A DNA stretch of 57,596 nt, from the NCBI GenBank assembly GCA_013202925.1, contig JABMRA010000087.1, forward strand, positions 1-57,596, read 5' to 3'. Below are positions 18,769 through 26,167 of the stretch, piece after piece; within the stretch, counting starts at the first letter, position 1, and each line of letters opens with the position of its first letter. The DNA comes from Candidatus Omnitrophota bacterium (GTDB taxonomy: Bacteria > Omnitrophota > Gorgyraeia > Gorgyraeales > Gorgyraeaceae). The notes under the pieces were generated by a model. The model made no database searches. It was not told the DNA's origin and saw only the letters and a list, made by a program, of their open reading frames with translations. Both the position numbers and the translations under genes were made by a program.

Positions 18769-18935
18769 TATTGTCATAGTAGTTGTAGTGTTTGGACCTG
18801 TAAGGACTTGAAGCGAGCGAGCACCGAGCAAAGCGAGGAAAAGTCCGCAATCCGCGGACGACAGCGAGCGAGGTGAGACTACGCAGCCCGAGCAATCAGC
18901 GAGGGCGTAGTAGCCAAGTCCTTGTGGGCCCACCA
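18769..18935 (+). repeat. tRNA-trailing conserved element, copy B (about 146-nt core plus a 21-nt direct repeat of the tRNA-Met T-loop-to-CCA 3' end)
   Basis: CAAGTCCTTGTGGGCCCACCA at 18748-18768 recurs at 18915-18935. The core is homologous to 3076-3179. Hairpin GTCCGC-AATCC-GCGGAC (18843-18859) shows a compensatory change relative to copy A. Confidence 0.6.
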
Positions 18936-19021
18936 TCCGCCACCAAAGGTGGCGAGATGGTGAGGTCTCGCCCTCCGTCAAAGGCAGAGAGGCGGACCCA
19001 CCAATCCGCCGTAGGCGGATT

Positions 19022-19136
19022 GATCCTGAGGATGCGACGAATAGTAGCATCCGAAGGACCTTCAAAGACGATTAAGGTCCTTCGGTGCCTAAAATGCTTA
19101 TTATTCATTCGCATTTTTTAACGGCACCTCAGGATC
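19022..19136 (+). ncRNA. candidate structured RNA (10-bp closing helix enclosing three hairpins) in the tRNA-Met/tRNA-Val spacer
   Basis: GATCCTGAGG (19022-19031) pairs with CCTCAGGATC (19127-19136). Inside are GATGC..GCATC, CCGAAGGACCTT..AAGGTCCTTCGG (12 bp), and TGCC[AAAATGC..GCATTTT]GGCA. Function unknown. Confidence 0.4.
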
Positions 19137-19157
19137 AAATTTTGCTTCGCAAATTTG

Positions 19158-19234
19158 GGGCGATTAGCTCAGTTGGTTAGAGTGCTGCCCTCACATGGCA
19201 GAGGTCACTGGTTCGAGTCCAGTATCGCCCACCA
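19158..19234 (+). tRNA. tRNA-Val (anticodon CAC)
   Basis: Hand-folded: GGGCGAT/TA/GCTC-AGTTGGTTA-GAGT/G/CTGCC-CTCACAT-GGCAG/AGGTC/ACTGG-TTCGAGT-CCAGT/ATCGCCC/ACCA. Confidence 0.88.
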
Positions 19235-19273
19235 TCCGCCTAAGGCGGACGAGGGGCCAAAGGAGGAAGATAG

Positions 19274-20011
19274 TTGAGCCAGGCAAAGACGATTAAGGAA
19301 CAGATTGGATTTTTGATAGGGCTCCAGGTTATTGATAGAGAGATTTATTCATTGAATAGAGAAAAAAAAGAGATGCCCGCTAGAATCAAGACAATAGATG
19401 AGACATTAGGTAGCAAGAAAACTGGCATTAAGCAGGCAGAAGAAGATTTAAAGTCCTTGCAGGTAAAATTGAAAGACAGGGAGGTCAGCTTGCAGCAGAA
19501 GGAAGATCAGATTAAAAAGCTGCAGCTCCAGCTTTATCAATTAAAGAGCAACAAGGATTATTCTGCGATGCTGACAGAGATAGAAGGGGTGAAGGCGGAT
19601 AATTCTCTCATGGAAGAAGAGATAATAAAATTAATGGACGAGATAGAGGCGGCCAGGAAGAAGATAGCAGAGGAAAAGGAGCTGTTTAAGAAAGAAGAGG
19701 TAAGTTCTCAGAAGGAGAAAGAGGCAATCAAGGCAAGGGGAAAAGAGGTTGATTCGCGGCTTTCCGACCTTTCCTCTCAGCGAGAGAATGTAGTGCCCAA
19801 TATTGAAAAGCAGATCCTGGCGAGATATGAGAGGGTGCTTGAAAACAGGGAAGGCCTTGCGATTGTGGCGGTAGATGATGGCGCGTGCAGCGGATGTCAC
19901 ATGAATCTCCCGTCGCAGGTTGTGAGCGAGGCGAAGATAAAAGAGAGCATTGTTGTTTGCGGGAGTTGTTCAAGGATCCTTTATGTGGAGGACAGCGTTG
20001 AAATCAATTGA
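19274..20011 (+). CDS. coiled-coil protein with C-terminal C4 zinc ribbon (COG1579-like)
   Basis: TTG start preceded by AAGGAGGAAG. Long heptad-rich region, then CSGCHMNLPSQ...CGSCSRILY as the terminal Zn ribbon. Confidence 0.7.
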   Translation: MSQAKTIKEQIGFLIGLQVIDREIYSLNREKKEMPARIKTIDETLGSKKTGIKQAEEDLKSLQVKLKDREVSLQQKEDQIKKLQLQLYQLKSNKDYSAMLTEIEGVKADNSLMEEEIIKLMDEIEAARKKIAEEKELFKKEEVSSQKEKEAIKARGKEVDSRLSDLSSQRENVVPNIEKQILARYERVLENREGLAIVAVDDGACSGCHMNLPSQVVSEAKIKESIVVCGSCSRILYVEDSVEIN

Positions 20012-20423
20012 GATATTTATAGACGGTGCTTCAAGAGGAAATCCCGGGCCTTCGGGCATAGGCATAGTATTCTTCGACGACAAAAAGAACGTCGTTAAAA
20101 AAATATTTAAATTTATAGGGAATGCGACAAATAACGTTGCGGAGTATACCGCGTTTATCTACGCATTGCAGGAGGCGCTTATAGATAGATATGAAGATGT
20201 AAAGATCGCCTCAGACAGTGAATTGTTGACCAGGCAGCTCAGAGGAGAATATAGAGTTAAAAACGAGAATCTAAAACCGTTTTACGATCAGTTTTTACAT
20301 CTTTCGCGAGGATTCAACAGGATCGAGGTAGTTTCAATAGGCAGAAAAGATAATAGCATAGCGGATAAACTCGCCAACAAGGCAATAGATTCGCGGGTAG
20401 ACGGTTCATTAAAAATTGAATAG
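19983..20423 (+). CDS. rnhA: ribonuclease HI
   Basis: IEIFIDGASRGNPGPSGIGIV, NNVAEYTAFIYALQEA, SDSELLTRQL and NSIADKLAN carry the DEDD catalytic-residue context of RNase H1. The ATG at 19983 (or TTG at 19998) is preferred over the track start at 19950. Confidence 0.8.
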   Translation: MWRTALKSIEIFIDGASRGNPGPSGIGIVFFDDKKNVVKKIFKFIGNATNNVAEYTAFIYALQEALIDRYEDVKIASDSELLTRQLRGEYRVKNENLKPFYDQFLHLSRGFNRIEVVSIGRKDNSIADKLANKAIDSRVDGSLKIE

Positions 20424-20785
20424 GCGCAGGTTGGATGGTCGCCTCTGTCTTTAGACAGGGGAGGAAAGTCCGGGCTCCACAGGGTAGCATAGCGGGTAAT
20501 GCCCGTCTCCGCCAAAAAAACACGGCGGAAGGATTAGAGCCACAGAGACGAGTCTGAGAGGCGTTTTATGGTAACGTAGTAGCTTAAGCGTACGTTGCCT
20601 GCTTTTCAGGGTGAAACGCGGTAATCTCTATGCGGAGCAAAACCAAATAGGTCTCGCTAGGAAGAACGGCCCGTTCAGTAGAGCGAGACGGGTAGGTTGC
20701 ACGATCCCGGCAGCAATGTCGGGGCAAGATAGATGACTATCATCCGCCAAATGCGGAGACAGAACCCGGCTTACAGGCCTGCGCC
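20423..20785 (+). ncRNA. rnpB: RNase P RNA, bacterial type A
   Basis: P1 GGCGCAGG (5') pairs with CCTGCGCC (3'). Universal GGAGGAAAGTCCGGGCTCC (P4 5' strand) at about 20458-20477 and ACAGAACCCGGCTTAC (P4 3' strand) at about 20758-20773. Confidence 0.9.
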
Positions 20786-20801
20786 GTATTCATCCAACCC
20801 C

Positions 20802-20830
20802 TTGTATTTACCCAAAAAATATGATATATT
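20802..20830 (+). promoter_or_regulatory. sigma70-type promoter placed for a leaderless mRNA
   Basis: TTGTAT (20802-20807), 17-nt spacer, TGATATATT (-10 at 20825-20830). There are 7 nt to the ATG at 20838 and no Shine-Dalgarno. Confidence 0.45.
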
Positions 20831-20837
20831 TTGACAT

Positions 20838-21800
20838 ATGCGTATAATAGCAAATGTTATAATAATATCGTTTTTTATAGCGACCACCCTCTACGCAGAT
20901 ACTGTTGTTATGAAGGACAGGACAGAGGTCAAAGGCCTGGTCGTTGATGAATACACAGACAGGATTACTTTTAATACTGTTGACGGCGAAAAGACCATTT
21001 TCAGGGATGATATAGAGAGGGTCGAATACGATACGCCTGAGCAGAATTTCATGCAGCTTGGACGGGCCTACGATGAGAAAGGGTGGTATGATAAGGCAGC
21101 GTTTTATTACAAGAAGGCAATGGAGATAAACCCGGAGTATAAAGACGCCAGAGAGGCATATCTTGCGAGCCACACAAAGGCATGGCGGCAGGAAGAAAAG
21201 ATGACCATGAAGGAACTGGAGCACCGGAACATGGTAATGGACTGGTGGAAGAACAGGAATAAGGAAACTGTTTCACCGGCCAAGGACAAGGCGCTATTAT
21301 TGAAAGATACGCTCGGTATTTCTTTGATAAAAAAAGACGGGATTTTTACAATAGACGAGGTCAGGCCTTATTCCAGCGCAGCCAGTTCTGGTATTAAAGA
21401 CGGGGATATGCTTGTGGGTATCTGGGGCAAGCTTATACGCTACAGCAGGATAGAGGATGTGCTTGAGGAGCTCTTGGGCCCCGCGCATTCAGAGGTCAGG
21501 GTTTTAGTGGATAAGGAGATTGTTGTTGCGGTCGAGGTAAACGACAAGGATACATATAAAGGATTGGGGATTTTGCTGGGTTTTGAATACGAGGACCTTA
21601 CTGTAATGGATGTTGTGGGCGGCGCAAAGGGAGACGCAGCTGGTTTTAAAAAAGGCGACCTTGTAATAGCCGTGGATAAAAATATTACCCGATATCTGCC
21701 TCTTGATAGCGTTATAGCGCTTATAAATAGTTCAGGAGATAATAAAAATATTATTTTTGGTGTCAGGCGGACTGTAAATTTGAGGAGAGAAGGTAAATAA
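20838..21800 (+). CDS. secreted TPR + tandem PDZ domain protein
   Basis: Signal peptide MRIIANVIIISFFIATTLYA, a TPR-like LGRAYDEKGWYDKAAFYYKKAMEINP, and two PDZ-like segments (GISLIKKDGIFTIDEV..SSGIKDGDMLVGI and GILLGFEYEDLTVMDVV..AGFKKGDLVIAV). Confidence 0.65.
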   Translation: MRIIANVIIISFFIATTLYADTVVMKDRTEVKGLVVDEYTDRITFNTVDGEKTIFRDDIERVEYDTPEQNFMQLGRAYDEKGWYDKAAFYYKKAMEINPEYKDAREAYLASHTKAWRQEEKMTMKELEHRNMVMDWWKNRNKETVSPAKDKALLLKDTLGISLIKKDGIFTIDEVRPYSSAASSGIKDGDMLVGIWGKLIRYSRIEDVLEELLGPAHSEVRVLVDKEIVVAVEVNDKDTYKGLGILLGFEYEDLTVMDVVGGAKGDAAGFKKGDLVIAVDKNITRYLPLDSVIALINSSGDNKNIIFGVRRTVNLRREGK

Positions 21801-22402
21801 TGCCGACAAAACCTGGTTTTAGAAGAAGGCAGTATATAATAAAGAAAGGACTGCAGTACCGCTACATAGGCATAGTGTTTGCCATTGCCCTTTTAGCGTC
21901 GATAGTCACAGGTTATACTGTGTTTGCAACCGGATGGACGCTTCTCGGAGAAAAACTGGCAAATGTATATCCCCAGGGCAGGCTTGTGGTTGTGTTAAGG
22001 GCGACAAACCTTGCCTTGATCAGGAATCTATTATTTGCCTCGCCGCTTATTTTTATTTTGGGGCTATTATTTTCTCACAGGATAGCAGGGCCTGTTTACA
22101 GGATCGAAAAAAGTGTTTACGAGATCGCCAATGGCAACCTTGGGATGAGGATAAAACTAAGACAAGGGGATGAGCTCTGGGACCTTGCCAATATGATAAA
22201 TAACATGACGGAAAAACTCGATAAGGGCATTGCCTTAAATAAAGAGAGTGTATCGGCAATCCAGAAAGACCTGGATGAGATTAAAAAGACGATCTCCGGC
22301 CAGCCATTTGACCTGAAAAAGGTAGACGCATCCATAAACGGCCTCCAGTCAAAGATAAAAGACCTTGATTCTTCCCTCAACATCTGGACCACCGCAGCCT
22401 AA
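21800..22402 (+). CDS. membrane protein with HAMP domain
   Basis: Two TM helices followed by HRIAGPVYRIEKSVYEIANGNLGMRIKLRQGDELWDLANMINNMTEKL (HAMP). TAATG overlap with the upstream gene. Confidence 0.65.
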   Translation: MPTKPGFRRRQYIIKKGLQYRYIGIVFAIALLASIVTGYTVFATGWTLLGEKLANVYPQGRLVVVLRATNLALIRNLLFASPLIFILGLLFSHRIAGPVYRIEKSVYEIANGNLGMRIKLRQGDELWDLANMINNMTEKLDKGIALNKESVSAIQKDLDEIKKTISGQPFDLKKVDASINGLQSKIKDLDSSLNIWTTAA

Positions 22403-22627
22403 TCCCACCAAAGGTTATACTTTTAACATTGTTTTGCTTCGCTGAAATGTTTTCACTTTCAGCTTCGCAGAAACCCGGTATTCCTACGAAGCCAAGCGCA
22501 TAAGCTGCTTGGCGGAGTAGAATTGCAAAAAATATAAACCCTTGCGTATAATACTTTCAATATTTGGCTACGCTCTGCACTGGCCGGACCGTGCAAGGTG
22601 CAACATAACTATTCAAATAGTACACGT

Positions 22628-22693
22628 AAAACCCCTATGCGTGCGACAAAAACCCCTATGCGTGTTGACAATCGAGGGTTTCTTTGTTATACT
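22628..22693 (+). promoter_or_regulatory. two 16-nt direct repeats abutting a sigma70-type promoter of the glycan/rSAM locus
   Basis: AAAACCCCTATGCGTG at 22628-22643 and 22649-22664, immediately followed by TTGACA (22665-22670), a 17-nt spacer and TGTTATACT (-10 at 22688-22693). ATG at 22705. Confidence 0.5.
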
Positions 22694-22704
22694 GGCAGGC
22701 GTCT

Positions 22705-23838
22705 ATGCGAGTGTGCCATGTTATAACAAAACCTGAACTGGGTGGGGCACAGCTTTCCACTCTTAATATCCTCTCCGGCCTTCCAAGAGATAGATACGAT
22801 ATTTCCGTTATTACCTCACCAAAAGGCATACTTAGCGCTGAATTTAGAGACCTAAAGGATGCAAAAGCCTTTTTCTCGCCATTTCTGACACGCCCTATAA
22901 ATATCCTGTCTGATATATTGGCATTCATACATATATTTCTTATATATAGAAGCAATAAATACGCAATAGTACATACGCATAGTTCAAAGGCCGGTATTAT
23001 CGGACGTCTGGCAGCTCGTCTTGCAGGCGTGCCTGTGATCATACACACAGTGCATGGCTGGTCTTTTAATGATTGCCAGGGCTGGGTCAGAAAACGGCTC
23101 TTTATGTCCCTGGAAAGGGCAATGGCGAGATTTACCACAAGGATCATATGTGTTTCCAAAAAGGACATGGAAACAGGATTGAAATATAAGATAGCAGGCC
23201 CGGATAAGTTTGTTCTAATAAAATACGGCATACCTCTTGCTGAATTCAGAAGATCATCGGTTGATCCATTGGTAAAGAAAAAGGAATTGGGCATTACCAA
23301 TAGCGGCCCTGTAATAGGGATGGTATCCTGCCTTAAGCCCCAGAAATCCCCCCTGGATTACATAAAGGCATGCATAAAGATTTATGAAAAGATGCCTGAT
23401 GTAAATTTCCTGCTGGTGGGGGACGGCGCATTGAGAAGCAAATGCGAAAAACTCCTAGCCCCTACGCCACTAAACGGAAGATTTATATTTACCGGATGGA
23501 GGAGGGATGTCTCGGAGATCCTGGATATCCTGGATGTGGCAGTCCTGACAAGTAAATGGGAAGGCATGCCTATTTCTGTTATAGAGGCGCTTTGTAAAGG
23601 TTGTCCTGTTGTTGCTACGAATGCAGGCGGTACCCCTGAACTTATCAAGGGCGGGGTCACAGGTTATGTTACCCAGCCTGGCACATATGAAGAAACAGCT
23701 GAAAAGGTATTAAGGATACTTGGGGATCCGCTCTCTTTCAATAATATGAAAAGGCAGGCGTCTTTATCCATAGACGAATCCTTCGGGGTAGATAGAATGG
23801 TAAACGAGACAGAAAATTTATACAGGAGGTTGGTATGA
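22705..23838 (+). CDS. glycosyltransferase family 4 (GT-B fold)
   Basis: MRVCHVITKPELGGAQ N-terminus and the C-terminal E-x7-E region SKWEGMPISVIEALCKGCPVVATNAGGTPELI. ATG at 22705 is preferred to the track start at 22684. Confidence 0.85.
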   Translation: MRVCHVITKPELGGAQLSTLNILSGLPRDRYDISVITSPKGILSAEFRDLKDAKAFFSPFLTRPINILSDILAFIHIFLIYRSNKYAIVHTHSSKAGIIGRLAARLAGVPVIIHTVHGWSFNDCQGWVRKRLFMSLERAMARFTTRIICVSKKDMETGLKYKIAGPDKFVLIKYGIPLAEFRRSSVDPLVKKKELGITNSGPVIGMVSCLKPQKSPLDYIKACIKIYEKMPDVNFLLVGDGALRSKCEKLLAPTPLNGRFIFTGWRRDVSEILDILDVAVLTSKWEGMPISVIEALCKGCPVVATNAGGTPELIKGGVTGYVTQPGTYEETAEKVLRILGDPLSFNNMKRQASLSIDESFGVDRMVNETENLYRRLV

Positions 23839-24833
23839 TTTACGCCTCGACATTTTTTATCGCCTTTCTTTTGGCGCTATTTTTATCGCCAGTCAGCGTC
23901 AAGATAAGCAAGCGCTTTAATATCTTCTCCAAGCCAAAAAAGGGAGAGACAGGCGGCAAGCCGTGCCTTGGGGGTATTGCTATATATATGGCCTTTATCG
24001 TGACTGTCCTCCTTATGGCCTTTTTTAAAGTAATACATGGCCCCGGGTTTGCAGGGTTGATAATCGCCTCAGGCATGATAGTTTTATTAGGGCTGATAGA
24101 TGACGCAAAGGACTTGAGCCCCCTTAAAAAGATAATAGTAGAGTTGATAGCAATAGGGGTGTTGATATTATTTGGCGTCTTTACCGGGATCTCATTCCTG
24201 CCGATATGGACGAATATCCTGATCACGCTTATATGGGTACTTTTTATAACCAATGCGTTTAATCTACTGGATATTGCGGACGGATTGACCTCGGGACTTG
24301 TGATCATTATTTCCCTGACACTATTGGTCATTTCACTGGTGAACAGGGATATCTTTTCAGCAATCGTTCTGGTCGCATTGCTCGGGTCGCATCTGGGATT
24401 TCTGAAATATAATTACCCGCCGGCAAGGATCTACATGGGCGATACGGGGAGCCTGTTTTCGGGATTCGTATTGGCAGCAGTGGCAATAAACATCAGTTAT
24501 GCGCCGCTCGAACGCCCTGTTGCCCTGATCACGCCGATACTCGCGATGAGCCTGCCTATATACGATACGCTTTTTTTGATAATAATGCGTATAAAAAAAG
24601 GCAAGCCGATTTTTAGCAAGACCAATGACCACTTTACATTGAGGCTGGTTACCATGGGGAATGGAGTGCGTAAAAGTATCTGGATCATGTATCTTTTCAG
24701 CATCTTTTTGGCAGTCTCGTCATTGATAGTGGCCTTTGGTCCCAACAGGACAGGTGTGGTTATGTTGATCGTCGTGGTTCTTGTGTTTATTCTAATGGGG
24801 AAGAAGGTCGGGATGGTCAAGGTAGAGGATTGA
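23835..24833 (+). CDS. WecA/MraY-family polyprenyl-phosphate sugar-1-phosphate transferase (initiating enzyme)
   Basis: About 10 TM helices, with the motifs NAFNLLDIADGL and MGDTGSLFSGF that are characteristic of this family. Confidence 0.85.
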   Translation: MIYASTFFIAFLLALFLSPVSVKISKRFNIFSKPKKGETGGKPCLGGIAIYMAFIVTVLLMAFFKVIHGPGFAGLIIASGMIVLLGLIDDAKDLSPLKKIIVELIAIGVLILFGVFTGISFLPIWTNILITLIWVLFITNAFNLLDIADGLTSGLVIIISLTLLVISLVNRDIFSAIVLVALLGSHLGFLKYNYPPARIYMGDTGSLFSGFVLAAVAINISYAPLERPVALITPILAMSLPIYDTLFLIIMRIKKGKPIFSKTNDHFTLRLVTMGNGVRKSIWIMYLFSIFLAVSSLIVAFGPNRTGVVMLIVVVLVFILMGKKVGMVKVED

Positions 24834-26167
24834 TGTATAAGAGACAAGAGACAAGAGACAAGAGACAAGGCGAAGTTGTTATTTTGGGCGCGGGCATGGC
24901 CGGCCTTAGCACGGCATACCACCTGCAGAACAATTATTCCCTGTATGAAAAAGAGGCAGAGCCGGGCGGAATGGCCAGGACTATAGATAAGGACGGCTAC
25001 AGATTCGACTATGACGGTCATCTCCTGCATTTTAGGGACGAATACGCATTTTCATTGATCAGCGATCTTCTGGACGGGAACCTTGCCCCTCACAAGCGCA
25101 ATTCCTGGATATACTCAAAAGGCAGCTATACGCGATATCCGTTCCAGGCGAATTTTTACGGCCTGCCAAAGGACGTAATAAAGGAGTGCCTCGTCGGCCT
25201 TATAAGGGCAAGGCTCAATCTGGTCAATGTCTATGGAAAAAGGGATCTGAATGGAAATTTTGACAACTGGATAAGGATGACCTTCGGAGAAGGCATAGCA
25301 GAGCACTTTATGCTGAGTTATAATAAAAAATTCTGGACCGTAGAACCAAAAGAGCTTGTGTGTGACTGGCTGGACGGATTTGTGCCGGTGCCGGCCATTG
25401 AGGACGTGGTCACAGGGGCCATATCGAGCAGCACAAAGCCATACGGCTACAACTCAAGATTCTGGTATCCTGTAAAAGGCGGCATATCCGAAGTGGTGGA
25501 TGGATTTTTGCAAAAGACCAGCAATCTTCACGTGAACAAAAAGGTGGTCACCATAGACCAGCACAGAAAAGAGATCGTGTTTGAGGACGGCACCATAAAA
25601 GGATTCAAACACCTGGTTAGTACAATACCATTGCCTGAACTGTGGAAGATTCTTGTAAACATCCCGGATAAGGTAAAAGAGGCCTTTTCAAGGCTCAGGC
25701 ATACCTCTATCTTTGTAGTGAATCTGGGCATCAAAAGAGATGACGTTACGGACAGGCATTGGGTGTATTATCCCGAGGAAAGCATAGCCTTTTACAGGAC
25801 AGGTTTTCCTACGAATTTTTCCATGGATGTGGCGCCTTCCAACAGGACATCTCTATATGCCGAGATATCTTATTCAGACAACAAAAAGATAGATAAGGAG
25901 AAGGCGATCAGGGATACTGTAAGGGATCTGAAGCTGCTGGGGATTATTTGCAGGGAGGACGAGATCGAGGTCTGTCAGCCCATAGATATCAAGTATGGCT
26001 ACGTGATCTATGATTCAAACAGGAAATCAGCAGTGCAGACCATAAAGAATTATCTACAGAGATTCGGCATCCACACTATAGGCAGATATGGAAGCTGGAG
26101 TTATATGTCAATGGAAGACGTGATCCTTGAAGGAAGGGAAATGGCGAGATGTCTACTTACATCTTAG
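24833..26167 (+). CDS. FAD-dependent oxidoreductase (UDP-galactopyranose mutase / amine-oxidase-like)
   Basis: Dinucleotide-binding VVILGAGMAGLSTAYHL and YEKEAEPGGMAR. TGATG overlap with the upstream gene. The 5' end carries a 7-nt tandem repeat. Confidence 0.7.
   Translation: MYKRQETRDKRQGEVVILGAGMAGLSTAYHLQNNYSLYEKEAEPGGMARTIDKDGYRFDYDGHLLHFRDEYAFSLISDLLDGNLAPHKRNSWIYSKGSYTRYPFQANFYGLPKDVIKECLVGLIRARLNLVNVYGKRDLNGNFDNWIRMTFGEGIAEHFMLSYNKKFWTVEPKELVCDWLDGFVPVPAIEDVVTGAISSSTKPYGYNSRFWYPVKGGISEVVDGFLQKTSNLHVNKKVVTIDQHRKEIVFEDGTIKGFKHLVSTIPLPELWKILVNIPDKVKEAFSRLRHTSIFVVNLGIKRDDVTDRHWVYYPEESIAFYRTGFPTNFSMDVAPSNRTSLYAEISYSDNKKIDKEKAIRDTVRDLKLLGIICREDEIEVCQPIDIKYGYVIYDSNRKSAVQTIKNYLQRFGIHTIGRYGSWSYMSMEDVILEGREMARCLLTS
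24839..24869 (+). repeat. heptanucleotide tandem repeat (GAGACAA x4, with partial flanking units) inside codons 3-12
   Basis: aaGAGACAAGAGACAAGAGACAAGAGACAAgg read directly from 24839-24870. The unit length is not a multiple of 3. Confidence 0.85.

Noticed and set aside
16965-19270. Complete integrative mobile element (integrase or transposase) at the tRNA hot spot
   Set aside because: No integrase, excisionase or transposase ORF exists on either strand here or elsewhere in the window. Only att-like repeats and a single cargo gene are visible, so I do not annotate a mobile_element feature.
22542-22736. 64-aa + strand ORF in the spacer upstream of the GT4 gene
   Set aside because: It crosses the direct repeats and the promoter, has no RBS and overlaps the GT4 start. 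I interpret it as non-coding regulatory DNA.
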